This document shows positions 25,148 to 37,830 of a DNA stretch of 64,000 nt, in pieces. The DNA is from Diadema antillarum (taxonomy: Eukaryota), in NCBI RefSeq assembly GCF_040938485.1, contig NW_027272492.1:124001-188000 (forward strand), written 5' to 3'. The notes beneath the pieces were generated by a model. It did not search any database. It had not been told where the DNA came from and was given only the letters and a program-made list of their open reading frames with translations. Every line of letters begins with the position of its first letter. Position 1 is the stretch's first letter. Position numbers and translations under genes: made by a program.

Positions 25148-26758
25148 ACAAGGCAAGTGCCAAAATGTGTCTCGCCAATTTGCATAGAAAAAAAATTAAG
25201 TTTTTCTAACTCCTGGAAGTTCATTGACCCTGCCTATGACCTTTGACCTTGTAATGACTTTCAACTCCCCAAGGGACATTTACCAGCCAAGTTTGGTCAC
25301 AAACAGACATAGGGATCAAAAGTTATGAGCTGTAATCGAAACGCGCCATAAAAACTTAACATTGGGCCATGTAAGTTTATTGACCCCTGCCTGTGACCTT
25401 TGACCTTGAGGTGACCTTCATGTTTGGTAAAATGTGTAAATTTGTACATGTATAACCACTCTTCCCTTCAAGTTTGATTGAAATTGAAGTCCTCAGGAGA
25501 GAGTTATTCAAGTTTTTGTAGCGTTACGGACGGACGACGGACGGATGGACGGACAGACGCCGCAGGCGATCCCTAAAGCAGGGTACCTACTTAGCCAAGT
25601 TACAGTGCCGAGCTTTGGCGAGTTGTGGCGAGTTGCCTCAAAGGGGCACACGCAATAACTCGCGTAAAGCTCTTCATGTAACTCTGGATAACTCGCGACA
25701 AGTCAGCACGACTCGGCGTAACTCGTAGTGAATCTGCAAAACTCCCCGTGAACTCGCGAGTGGTTCCAAAATTTTTAAACATGTTCAAAATTTTCCCTAA
25801 CTCAAAGTAACTCGTGCTGAACTTGTTTACACTCGTAATATACTCGTACTACTCGTAACAAACTCTCAATACTTGTACGAGGTTCGCAATGAACTCTTCG
25901 TAACTCGCCACCTTTAAGTATATACGCGAGTTCTGCTCGAGTTTTGAAGAGCGCGATACAAGCACTACGACTCTACTACCAGTATGTGCAAGGGGGAATT
26001 GCCCTCGAGCTAAGCGCGAGTTTAGATCGAGCTCTGCGACTTACGAGCTTTGTATTAGCTTATTCAAAGTGCATTGCACTGACCTATTAATATGAAATTA
26101 TTCACATTTTTCCAGCGTTTTCAAGACAGAAGACATTCATTTAACCCTAAACGCACATGCACAAATATGTCATTGCCATTACATTTCTAGAACTACGTAA
26201 AAATTAAGACAAAAAACATGCCTCGGCTCAAGAAATCCAAGAAAAAAACAGGTGAAGGAAATGGCGATCAATCAAACAATGGTAGAAGTAGAGGTAGAAG
26301 AGCAGGAAGAGACAGTAGAAACAGAAGAGATCATCCGTGATGAGCTACAGAGGCAGTCAGAAGGCCAATCCTCTAAACAAGACCCACAAGACCAGGTCCC
26401 AGTAGAAGAAAATGGGAGAAAAGACCCCACTGGAGGCCAAACCTAACAGCAGGGATTGCGTGAACTTATAACGGGCTCGTAACGGGCCCGTAATAAGCTC
26501 TTACACAAGTCATACACAGGTCATCATAACTCACACCTGGATCGGTGTGACTTGTATCACGCTCGGACCACTCGTACAGCTATCGTAGTAAACTCGATGT
26601 TGATTCGTAGATCACTCATGCACAGCTCATTAAAATTGACAAATTTCACATGAGTTCAAGTGAGTTCAAGCTCATGCAGCTCGCACAACTCGAGACTCCA
26701 ACTCGGCTAAGTGGGAACCTTGCTTTAGTCTACCCTCACCTCCGGTGGGCTCGACAAT
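25148..26758 (+). mobile_element. Pearl/HINE-like (Helentron-associated) element, interrupted by a MITE
   Basis: TGACCTTTGACC monomers, (GGAC)n tract at ~25528-25556, 3' tail resuming at 26728 (gtctaccctcacctccggtgggctcgacaat); removing it restores gag ATA CTA|AAC CTT in frame. Confidence 0.65.
25576..26725. mobile_element. Non-autonomous TIR element (Harbinger-like termini) with AACTCG subterminal repeats
   Basis: TIR aagcagggtacctacttagccaagtt / revcomp aagcaaggttcccacttagccgagtt (4 mismatches), TA on both flanks, many aactcg/cgagtt motifs, short basic/acidic ORF remnant at ~26218-26446. Confidence 0.7.
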
Positions 26759-27263
26759 AACCTTCCAACCCCTTCCCCTGGCAGCAGTGAACCATCCCTT
26801 TCCTTCCCTGATCAAGACATTCCAGTTTTAGCAGCTTCACTAGCACAGAGTGGGCTGACCACAGGGTCTCGGAAACTTCAATGCTTCCCCAGTGAAAAGA
26901 CGGCAGAGCGTGATGAGGATAGCTACCCCATCTGGATAGAGCACGTTGAGAGCAAGATGGAGGAGTGGCAGACTCTGGATGATGCTGAACGGCGCAAGCG
27001 CATTCGTGAATCATTGCATCCACCTGCATCGAGTATCATTACCCACCTGAGGTGTGAGAACCCCCAGGCTTGTTCTGCAGACCACTTCTGGGCTCTGGGT
27101 CTAGTTTTTGGTGACACCGACACAGATGATGAGCTGTTTGTCAGATTTCATCAGGCAGTCCAGGCAGAAGGCGAGTCCCCTTCCGAGTATCTCTTTCGCC
27201 TGCAGGAAGTTATGCATTATGTGGTTAGGCGAGGAGTTGTATGCAGCAAAAGAGATGTGAGTT

Positions 27264-28964
27264 ATGACTGATAATAACCCATTAACATATGTCCTGATGT
27301 CGACGAAACTCGATTCCACAGGGCATATATGGCTCGCCGCACTTTCCTGTTTTGATTTCTCCATTCATTACAAGCCAGGGAAGGCTAACATTCAAGAAGA
27401 TGCACTGTCACAGAAATCACATCCAATCAAGGAGTTTGAGGATCACCAGCAATGCAAGATCAGTGATCTGGAGGCAAGGCTGCATAAGACAAGACGTCAG
27501 GCTCAGGTAAGAAAGTGTCCAATGACTCGGTCTTCTGTCAGTCACATTACCGGGTATGTAGCAGCCGACTCTCTGCATACAAGCAAGCCATACGCTGAGA
27601 CCCTGTGTGCCAGTGCAGAGTCTACCTCAGGTTTGTATGCAAAAGGCTCAGACCTAAATGTAGTAGACTGGGCACAGGCTCAAGAGGCAGACCCTCATTC
27701 GGAACTTGTTAGGGATTATGCTGAATGTGGTGAGAGGCCGCAGTCCTATACCGATACCGCTCTTTCAAAAGAGCCTGCCCTAATACTCTGTGAGTTCGAT
27801 AGGCTAGTTCTGTGCCAAGGAGTGCTTTGCAGAACTTTCACCGACTCCTTGAGCAACCGCCATCACCAGTAAGTATTGGCTGCCCAGCGCCGTGTCGAGG
27901 CAATGAGGGGCATACATGACAGTGTTGGTCACCTTGGGATCGAGAAGTCCATAGCGTTGGCTAGAGATAGATTCTACAGGCCAAAGATGAGTGCTGACAT
28001 CATGGAATGGGTCAAGCACTGCCCTTGCTGTGTTGCAAGAAAGACTCCTCCAAAGCCATCAGCCCCAATGGTGAGTATCCACACAACCAGCCCCCTGGAA
28101 CTGGTCTGCATGGACTTTCTCCCCCTTGAACCAGACCGTTCAAATAAGAAGTCTATCTTGGAAGTGACGGATCACTACACGTGATATGCACAAGCCTTCC
28201 CCACAAAGGACTAGAGTGCTGTCACTGTTGACACGGTCCTGTGGGAGAACTTTGTGCATTATGGTCTGCCCCAGCGCCTTCATTCTGACCAAGGTAGGGA
28301 CTTTGAAAGCAAGGTGATTCATAAGCTGTCAAGGCTCCTTGGCATTAAGAAGTCTTGGACAACTCCTTACCACCCCCAGGGAGACCCTCAGCCTGAGCAT
28401 TTCAACAGAACACTACTGGACATGCTGGGGACCCTGGAAGAGGAGAAGGCAAATTGAAGCAAGCATGTAAGTGCACTTGTACACGCTTACAATTGTTCAA
28501 AGAATGACAGTACTGGTTTCTTGCCTTATTTCGTCATGTTCAGCAGGGAGGCTAGGCTGCCTGTTGATCTGCGATTTGGCACTAGCCCTGACAATTTCAC
28601 TGGGACTGACCATGTGAAGTATGTCAATGGTTTGCGTGATCAGCTTACGCAGGCATATAAGCTTGCGTCAGCCGCATCCAACAAGTCTGCCAGTGCCAAC
28701 AAGGTCCGCAATGATGCGAAAGTGCAAGCCCATGGTCTGAAGCCTGGCGATTGCATCCTTGTTAGTAATGTTGGACTGACGGAAAAGCAGAAGCTGGCTG
28801 ATAGGTGGTACGCAAACCCTCATGTCATCAAAAAGCAACTCAACCCTGATATGCCGGTTTACGAAGTTGCACCTGAAGACGGGGCTGGTAGTACATGCAC
28901 CCTACACCACAACCTTCTCCTACCCATAGAGAACTTGAATGAGGCCCTGTACCCAGAAAGTTAG
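27264..28964 (+). pseudogene. Gypsy pol remnant: RNase H C-terminus and integrase
   Basis: ORF fragments 27264-27872, 27876-28184, 28254-28457, 28521-28964, separated by in-frame stops. Confidence 0.9.
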
Positions 28965-29899
28965 AGTGACTGGGATGGCTATTGCCCTTGGTCAATGTTG
29001 AGACTTTGTCTGACCAAGTGAATAGTCAACTGCTCAGTGTAATTATTATGTGCGTGGAGCATTATTTCCCCTCGAACTATGAGATATTTGAATGGGAGTC
29101 ACAAATGTTTGGCGACCCAAATGAAGCAATGATACTGCTGGGTCGATCAGATACAGATCGAAGCTTTAACTTTGGCTGCAGTATTGCCTCAAATTCAAAC
29201 ATTAAAAAGAGGTCAAATTGAAGAGAAATTATATTGATCATAAACACTTGCATGCATATTATACTACAATTGTATGTCAAAATGAATTGACAAATGTTTG
29301 AGTGTATATGGTTGAATTGATCTCTGAACTGTCTGATGCACTCATAAATACTATGAGGCAGGCATGTAAAGACAATGTACCAGATCTGATTTTGGAGTGG
29401 ATTTTCATACTCCTGAAGAAATATATTCTTGATTGGAAAGACATTGCACTGGAAAAGTCTGGTGTCTTGTAAACTCTTTTAACTACAATGTATATATACA
29501 GTATTTGGACGAGAGATTTTGGCCAGCCTTTGTCTGGTTCAGCGTGGCCGACGGCTACTGAGTATTGCACCGGCTTCCATATACAACTGGTTTGCGACCA
29601 CTCTGGAAGCGTCAACAGGATAGCCGGCAAGAGAGAGAGAGAGCAACGAGTTTAATGATCATCATACACTGGCAAATATTTAATTATATTACATATAACA
29701 AAGGTTACAATTGAGTCTGTAAACGAATTTGAGTGAATGATGTGCTTTGTTGAATGATGAACAAGCTAATAAAGTTTGTCATTGGATTATCTTGTTAAAA
29801 CTTAATCCCAGACGTGATATTTTTTATGTATGGACTTGGGAATGCAACATTCGGGTTACAATTATTTTCCAGGAAAAAAAAAACACACAAATGAAGCAT

Positions 29900-32735
29900 G
29901 TGATAATTTGTGCATCATTTGCAAGTCAAAGGAAAGTAGTCCACTGAAGACATTTTCTGACAAAATATGGGACGCATTCAAGAATGCAACATAATTGAGG
30001 CATCTGATGAAATCAGATCTGTACAGGAGCATAGCACCATCCTAGGTGTTATGAAAATTTCACTGCTGTGAAAAGACCAACCCCCAAATCACAATGTGAA
30101 CATCCATCAAAAAGACAGGCCACTCCAGGAAGAAGTCCAATACCTTCATCAGATGGAAGGGGATTGCTGAAGGGCACTTGCATCTTTTGTACTGTACTTT
30201 TGGACCGTCAAGAGAAAAGTAGAGCTGCTCTCACATTGCCTCAACAAGGATGGGTGCAAGGCAATCATTGATGCTGCCCCCCGTAGCAACAATGACTGTG
30301 TAAAGGTTCTAGTTGCCAATGGAGTTGACTTCATAGCCAAAAGATGCCCCAAACCACAAATTTTGTCGTCATGACTTCTTCAAGGAAGTTGAAGAGGTTT
30401 CAAAGCATGAAGTCTTCATTTGACTGCTTTTGAATCAATAGCACGCCTCATTCAGACAGAGCTCATTGGCAATGGAAGGGCAATGCTCTCAACATCAATC
30501 ATGGAATTATACAAGACAGAGTTTCTAAGTTGGAAGAAACAACAGAAACCCTGGAGAGCTACATGTTGTACACTGTTCAAGCTCTGATGAGAAAAATACA
30601 GGACGAGTTTGGAGACAAAATCTCCATATCAAATTTTGACCACCGAAAGGGCAATTTCGTTTACAATTCTGCAATGTCTGAAGGTGATGCCCGAGCAAGT
30701 CTCAGTTGTGATGATGAGAAGCATCTGCATGCAATACACATGGTTGCATTTTATCTTCGAGCAGTGATTAAGGCATTGTCCAAGTGGGAAACTTGAACTC
30801 CAATAATTTATCTATTGCAGCCCTGAAAGCCTGTTACCAGAGCTACCAGAGGAACTGTTGCTGTTCTACAAAACACTCTTTTGTGGCCTTACAGAATCTT
30901 TTGGGGTGATGCAATGACATGCAAAGGAACAGCCATGTCCTCAGATGCTGTGTACAACATGTCACGAGGTGCAGTATGGCCATGGAAGCATACAGTACTT
31001 GGATTGGGAATTGGAACTATGACTGGGTGCAAAGCGGCACTCCGCATCCTGAATCGTCTCGGACATTCGCTGAATTACAACGAAGTCAAGGCATTGGAGA
31101 CCGAATATGCATATCTCAGTTGAAAATGACAGAGATAACACTGATACGATGACACTCAATCCCGACCTGGGTACAGGGCTTACATGGGACAACTCCGATG
31201 TGAACATGGATACCCTTGCTGGTATAGACACATTGCATGCTACAGTCGGGATCTGCTATCAGAACATGCATGATTCTACACCGGCATCTAATACTGATAA
31301 CAATGAGCTTTGGTAAAAAGAAACCTCACTTCCATGTTAGGAGGAACAGGCAACAATTTGATGGAAAAGAACACAACATCCCACCATATTACAAGAAGCT
31401 TAAGAATGCTAGCTTTGAGCTATCAGCATATGAAGACCAGGAAAGAGCAAATGTACCACCTATGTGCAGTCTTTACTTTCACTGGCTACTCTGATCAGAA
31501 GTCGGCAAGCATTTGCCACTGTTTCCCGGCTTTTTCTCGAAATTCACCATGGATCATTTGCCTCAACAACAAATCTGCTACATGGACCCAATATCTGCCC
31601 CACCAACCAGAAATGTTGTTGTCCATGAAACCATGATGAGGACAACGGTGGAGGCCACTGAAACTTAGCAAGGCTATGGAGTTGTAACATATGACTTGGC
31701 TGTAGCTCTGAAAGCTAAACTCAATCCAAGCACTGGATGCACCTCTTTTTGACAAGTTTCTCATCATGCTTGGGAATTTCCACCTTGAATCAGCTTTCTT
31801 CAGTGCCATTGGTACTTTCATCAATGAGAGTGGGGCACAGCATCTCCTCACAGAATCAGAAATACTGGCTGAAGGATCTCTGATTGGATTCATTCATGGG
31901 AAGTACTACAAGCAATGTGTATGCATCCATGATATCCTCGCTGTTGCTATGGAGAGAAAGATCTATGAGAGCTTCATGGCAACCCTCACACATAAGAGAC
32001 AGGGCGTAATCAAGGACCTACTTGCAGTTGTTCCAGAGGATCCAAATAACCAGAAGCGATTTCTTGATACAAGTCAACCATGCCAAGAGCACATGTATCA
32101 GTATGAGATGTTCTTCAAGGACTTGATGACTGGGAAACCTGGCCTAACTGCCTAGTACTGGAGAATGTACGTGTTCATGATAAATTGAGTTCACAGAGCC
32201 CTGATGTGTGCAGTCCGTTTGAATGACATTGATGAGTACATCAAAATACATGTACTGCCAGTTGTAATAGACATCTTCTTTGGATTGACTCAGCCAAACT
32301 ATGCTCATTGGGGAGTGTTCTTTCTGAATCAGCTTATGAGTGCAGTACTCAAGAGCCCATCGATTCTACAGTCAGGGACCTTCTCCATCCGAAGAACTGG
32401 ACAAGACTTTGCTAGATCACCCATCGGTTTGACCTCGGAGCAGAGTGTAAACAGAGATGCAGCATCACCATTGTAGAAGGGCATTGTAAGCTCCCACAAC
32501 TCAAACAATGCGATCAGACGACGGTGTATCACGTCAGCTCAGAGAGGCATGTCCATTACAGAGCTCCGCAACATGGAGGATTGGAGGCAGAGGAGCATCC
32601 AGCAGCACAGCTACGACCCATCAGAATTGAGGATGATAGCACCTAGAGCGATGCATTGACTAGACAAATGCTATTACAGAAACATGTGACCCTTTCTCTT
32701 CTCCTGCAACATCATCTCCTTGTCTTCTCAACATA
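29900..32735 (+). pseudogene. Academ-like transposase, 5' part (many stops and frameshifts)
   Basis: Recognised motifs across frames: LLKGTCIFC; VDFIAK.DA.NH.FCRHDF; TMTGCKAALRILNRLGHSLNY; LTWDNSD..TLHATVGICYQN; VVTYDLAVALKA; MLGNFHLE..AIG..ESG..GKYY; PNYAHW; GTFSIRR...F....GLTSEQSVNRDA; CDPF...LLNI. Family membership is from memory; start is approximate. Confidence 0.75.
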
Positions 32736-33746
32736 GGGTGCGTTTATCAATTATTTTTTTCGGCAGAAACAGGTTTTCAAAACGGCTTTCAGGGATTTTT
32801 TAGAGATAAATGCAAAGCCGTTTTGATTATGGGCTTTGGAAAGCCTTTTTGAAAACTGCAAATTGGGCTTTTCGAAACACGTTTCAGCCAGAAACCCTTT
32901 CTAGAAGTGAGATAAACACAAAGCTGTTTCGAAACGACTTTGTACTGTGGTTACGAACCATGTGTTTTTGATCTCTGAAAAGACGCGTGCCACACCACGT
33001 ACATGTGTAAACACCACACACAGCACAGTGGCGGATCTGGGGGGGGGGGGGTTAGGGGGTTTAAACCCCCCCCCCCCCCCCCCCCTTGGGCTGCCAAGTA
33101 AAAAATATAATGTGCATAGGAAAACACCACCATAATGTCCAGACGCATACAATATGTTCCTGTAGCACTCTGTCTCAGGCTCAGCCTCGGGCAATAGGTT
33201 TTAACCCCCCCCCCCCCCCCCACTACCAAGTGAACATGTGTTAATTTTTCTATGCACATCACTGTGATGCGCACAGAAAAACGCCACCACGTATCTAGAC
33301 CCATTTATGATGCAGTGCGCGGCGCAAGCATGTAGCACTGATGACGGTGCGCGTATTGCATCGGATGCATGCAGTGCGCGCGCGTATTGTATTGATGCAG
33401 GTATGTATTGCACATTACATACACGCCGGCCTAGCGCTATCGCCTATCGACAAGCGTATGTTCCCGGGACCCTTGCTCATCAACCAGCTCATCAACTTTG
33501 TGATTAATCATGGAAATTCACGTCCCCAAAAAGAGAAAGCAAACGTCTGTGAAAGACTTTTTCAGGTAAGCCTACACTGGCTACAGTACATTACTGTGCA
33601 ATTGTATTTTGACAGGCGAATGCGAATGCAAAATGAGGTGCGTAACGGTATTATGAAGTGCGTATTCGCTCGTGCAAGGTGAAGTGAAAGCATTTCGCAC
33701 CTGCGTGTTGGGTAAAATACAATAGCACAGTAGCCTAGGCCTACTG

Positions 33747-33925
33747 CAGGGCTGCCAACATTGGAAACTAGTTGAGAGTGAGATTCCCATAGGCCAATGA
33801 TATAATACAGGGATCAAAATGAGTGAGATCAACAGAAATGCATGCAAATGAAATACATGTTAGAGTGAGAAACTGGTCCAAAATGAGTGAGTCTCCTTCT
33901 TAGTGAGTGAGATTTGGCAGCCCTG
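33747..33925. mobile_element. MITE in hAT intron 1
   Basis: TIR CAGGGCTGCCAA / TTGGCAGCCCTG, internal GAGTGAG repeats; no TSD resolved. Confidence 0.65.
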
Positions 33926-33963
33926 TAGTTCTAACGTTACTCTACAAAACTATATATCCCAAC

Positions 33964-34177
33964 CACTGACCTAAAAGTAAAAGCATGGACGGGAGGTGGC
34001 GTATGCGAAAGATGATGCCAATCACAGCAGCTTTTCAGCCACCGTAGGACCATGAACGCCGACAATGGGCGCATGCGTGCTGCGAAACGCATATTGTCAT
34101 GGTCCTAACATGGCGGTGGCATCACTTTTGTTCGCAAATCAGCACGCACGCCCCCCGTCCATGGTTTTAGGTCAGTG
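33964..34177. mobile_element. CACTG-ended MITE in hAT intron 1
   Basis: TIR CACTGACCTAAAA / TTTTAGGTCAGTG plus internal CATGGACGGG / CCCGTCCATG inverted pair. Confidence 0.65.
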
Positions 34178-34189
34178 AAGGCAGGGAAT

Positions 34190-34635
34190 CGGGGCTGCCA
34201 CTCAAAATTTTCATTTCCCCTACGCCACATGCGTATTTTCCCCTACGGACACCATTTTCCCCCTACGCCCTTGCCTAAAACCCCATTTTTCACCTACGAA
34301 ACCCAGTTTTCCCCTACAAAAAAGACTTTTCCCCTACGGAGCTAAGTTTTCCCCTACAAATAACCTTAAAGTAGTAAATGATAGTTGCCCCCGGGTAGTT
34401 GCCGAGGAATTTTCAATGTGTGTTCGCACTGGAGAATGCGAAAATTCTTTGAAACCCTTTGAGAATTGAGGGGTATTTTTTAAACTTGCCCACAAAATTG
34501 AAGAAAAGTTTCAGAAACATCAAATCCCCCTACTTTCCCCTACGGAAGATCATTTTCCCTGTAGGTATCCCCTACTACCTACGGAGGTCCATTTTCCCCT
34601 ATGGTAAGGGAATTCCCCTACGAGTGGCTGCCTTG
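34190..34635. mobile_element. MITE with about ten TTCCCCTAC subterminal repeats in hAT intron 1
   Basis: Degenerate TIR cggggctgccactc / gagtggctgccttg; repeated ttcccctac motif. Confidence 0.55.
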
Positions 34636-34697
34636 AATGAAGTAGTCGAAACTAAGCGATTCCCCGGCCGTTTTAAATTTTCCATTCACTTTGTATA

Positions 34698-34996
34698 CAG
34701 TGGCGTAGATTTGTCTGGAGGAGTGGGGGGATGACTGCGAGAGAGCGAAGTGACCAAGCGGGGGAGGAGGTAGGAGGGAGTGTCCCCCCTCCACGGTAGG
34801 AACTTTTGGCAAAAATTAGTCACTCATACACCATTTTAATCAGGTTTTACAGCTAAATCCCCCCCCAAAAAAAATCAGCGTTTTATCATGAAAAGTGTGG
34901 GGGGGGGGGGTGATTGTACAGGCCATCCCCCTCTCTTCCAAATGTGGGGGATATTATATCCCACATCCCCCCCCCCCCCCCCGATCTACGCCCGTG
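34698..34996. mobile_element. hAT-type MITE with 5-bp TSD in hAT intron 1
   Basis: TIR CAGTGGCGTAGAT / ATCTACGCCCGTG; GTATA at 34693-97 and 34997-35001. Confidence 0.8.
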
Positions 34997-37659
34997 GTAT
35001 ACAAAAATGACAGAAATGTCATTTTCAGCTATGATAAAGTGAGACTTCCCTAAATCTTCTCTGAATAGATGTAGAATTATGTTAACTCCAATAGTCTGTT
35101 AAAAATGTGCACACGTAAAGTCCGATGTAAACTGTAAGAAGAGTAAAATATTTAAAAAATTTTTAATTTTTAATTCATTTTGCAAATTTATTCATAAAAT
35201 CAAATTTTTGCTTGTAATATTTCTGATACAAAGTTATGGAAAGCTATTTTATGGTCAAAATATACTTTGTAACATTTCTATCAATTATCTCAGTTACAAT
35301 AAAGTTGCCGCACTGAAATTATTTTTTAATGTTTTTTGTTTTGTGAATTTTGTACGTATTTCTTTGTTTTTTACCTTTTGTTTTTGTTGTTTTTTAGCAA
35401 AATTTATCACAAATAATTTTGAAGCATACATTATGCTAAAAAATTAATTACAGCCATTAAAACTGAATATGAATTTTTATGAATTGTAAAAACAATTTAC
35501 ATTGAGTTTGTACTCAAAATCACATTTTTGAGCAATTTTCGGGTTAATGGATTTGTTTTGTGGTTTATGAACAGTATACGCGGGTGCGACAAATTTAGTT
35601 TCTAAAGATGCGAGATACTTAAACGAAAGAGTCATGAAACGTCCCGGCTGTGTCATGTCGCTTTGCGAACTACCACTACTACCTAGGGTTAAACCTGTTC
35701 TGGAGTTCCCCTTTAATAATATTCTTAAAATTTCTTAAATGCCTGATCTGTCTTCTGTTTATTTGTACTTTGCAGATGTGCGCCGACTGTAACTGAACTT
35801 AACCTGCACTCGGACATTCCTGGTGATGGGACCACCCCCACTGTTACTGATCACAGTAATATGCTTCAAGACAGTGGTTCAGTACCCCCGAGTGACCCAA
35901 CCCAGGCTAGCAGCACTACAAGAACAGAGGTACCATACCACTGGGACATTGGGTTGTTGGTGTCGGGGCAGTCGTCTGTTGTCACTGACAGTGATCGCTA
36001 TCACTACTTAACACATAGCTACCAAGGACGAGAGTTTGCAACATATGAGGTCACAAAGAAGGGCAAGCGAGTCCCGCTCACCTTTCAAGAGTCATGGCTC
36101 AAAGACTATGAGTGGCTTTCATACTCCCATTCACAAGGTGGAGGCTACTGCAAGTACTGTGTCTTGTTCCAAGCCAAGTTGGCCAAAGGGGTGCTTGGAA
36201 CCCTGGTGAAGACCCCATTCAAGAATTTCAGCAAGGCCAAAGGCAAAGATGGCATTCTCACACTACATGATGCATACAAATACCACCATGAGGCAATGGT
36301 GATGGGAAAGGCATTTCTGGCAACATACACCAACCCTGAAGCCAGAATTGACACCATTCTCGACAAAAAGGGCCAGGCGCTCTCCGATAAGAACATGCAC
36401 ATCCTCTCAGTGATTGTAAATACCGTCAAGCTGTGTGGCATGGAGGCCCTACCGTTACGTGGTCACAGAGATGACAGAACAGCAGACCCGCTCACCAACC
36501 GAGGAGTCTTCACTGCAATTCTAGAGCACGCTGCCAAATGTGATCCGATCCTCCGGGAACATTTGGAGGAGGGAAAGAAGAACCAACAGTACACATCAAA
36601 AACGATACAGAATGAGATCATTACTGTCATTGCGGACTGCCTGCGTGACAACATCTTGGCACCTCTGAAACACGTGAAATACTTCAGCGTCATTGCTGAT
36701 GAGGTGACCGATCCACACGGAAATCAAGAAGTACTGTCACTATGCTTGAGGTTTGTGGATGTCACTGATACGAAGCCTCACGTCAGGGAGGTCTTCCTGG
36801 ACTTTCTTCATCTACAGAGGGCGACTGGTAAGAGGATTGCAGAATCCATCTTAAGCCTCCTCGACAAGCATGGCCTTGATGTTCAGGATATGCGTGGGCA
36901 GTCATATGATGGAGCGTCTGCAATGGCTAGTGACAAAAGAGGAGCTCAGGCCGTGATCAAAGAGAAGAACCCACTGGCGCTGTACACGCATTGCCGCTCA
37001 CATGTTCTGAGCTTGGCCATTGGCAAAGCATGCAAAGTAGAAGTACTACGCAACATGATCGACGTGATTAATGAGATCCATCTCTTCTTCCATCTGTCTC
37101 CGAAATGACAACGCTTCCTGGAAACGATACTCGGCACCTATGCACCAGAAAGCCGCGTTCAAAAACTCAAAGGGCTCTGCAAAACGAGATGGACAGAGAG
37201 GCACGACTGTCTGGAAATATTCCGTTCTCTTTATGAGTACGTATTCACATGCGTACACGCCATGGTGCAACCAGGTGAATATGCAGAGATCGAGTCATCG
37301 TGGGATTGGGATGCTGAAACCCGTACCAGGGCTCAGGGATTCATGGCCTCTCTCAGGAATGGCCGCAACATCATAGCCCTGGTCATTCTGGTCAATGGTC
37401 TGGATACGGTGAAAGGCCTGAGCACCAAACTCCAGAAGAGAGATGCTGATGTGGTTGCCGCCTACAACCTCATCGACACAGCTATTGATGAGGTGAGAAG
37501 AATGAGAGCGGACTTCGACTCGGTCTGGAGGAACTGGTGTACAGAGGCCGAGAGGATTGCTGCTGATGTTGGGGGAGAGATCGCGGTCCCTAGAAGAGCC
37601 AAGCACCAGACACACCGTGCAAATACTCCAGCTGACACAGCCAGGTTTGTATTACTTTA

Positions 37660-37830
37660 TTGTATCTCCCGAACAGAGTTCGGAATCGGAGGGATACTAT
37701 GGATTTGGCCTCGTCACACCGCCGAGTCCGCGGTAGATATATTTTATTGTGAGTGCTGTACTGGCCACATTTCTTCTCGGATTAACTTCAAATTTGGCAT
37801 GGAGGTGCATTATGGTATGCTTTAGTTATA
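37660..37830 (-). repeat. HINE-like fragment in hAT intron 2
   Basis: Terminal hairpin (tctcccgaac...gttcgg...gagggat) followed by a ttcaaatttggcatg monomer motif. Confidence 0.4.

Larger units (their letters stand above)
24719..28964 (+). mobile_element. Ty3/Gypsy LTR retrotransposon remnant with PNMA-type gag; protease/RT deleted; interrupted by a HINE and a MITE
   Basis: gag 24719-25147 + 26759-~27255 (PNMA-like: NALLL..GV, SLLCEF, RKL..F, EEWQ...ERRKRIRESL, Q.EGESPSEYL.RL). It joins directly to the RNase H end TDNNPLTY...IHYKPGKANI..DALS, then integrase H2C2 (HDSVGHLG...CPCC) and core (MDFL, SDQGRDFES, TTPYHPQG, YNC...STGF.PY) with stops. No LTR pair found. Confidence 0.9.

Noticed and set aside
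37106-37108. In-frame TGA in the hAT transposase as programmed readthrough or selenocysteine
   Set aside because: It falls at the conserved Arg of SPKR, is explained by CpG deamination (CGA>TGA), and the gene has two other lesions. No SECIS was recognised.
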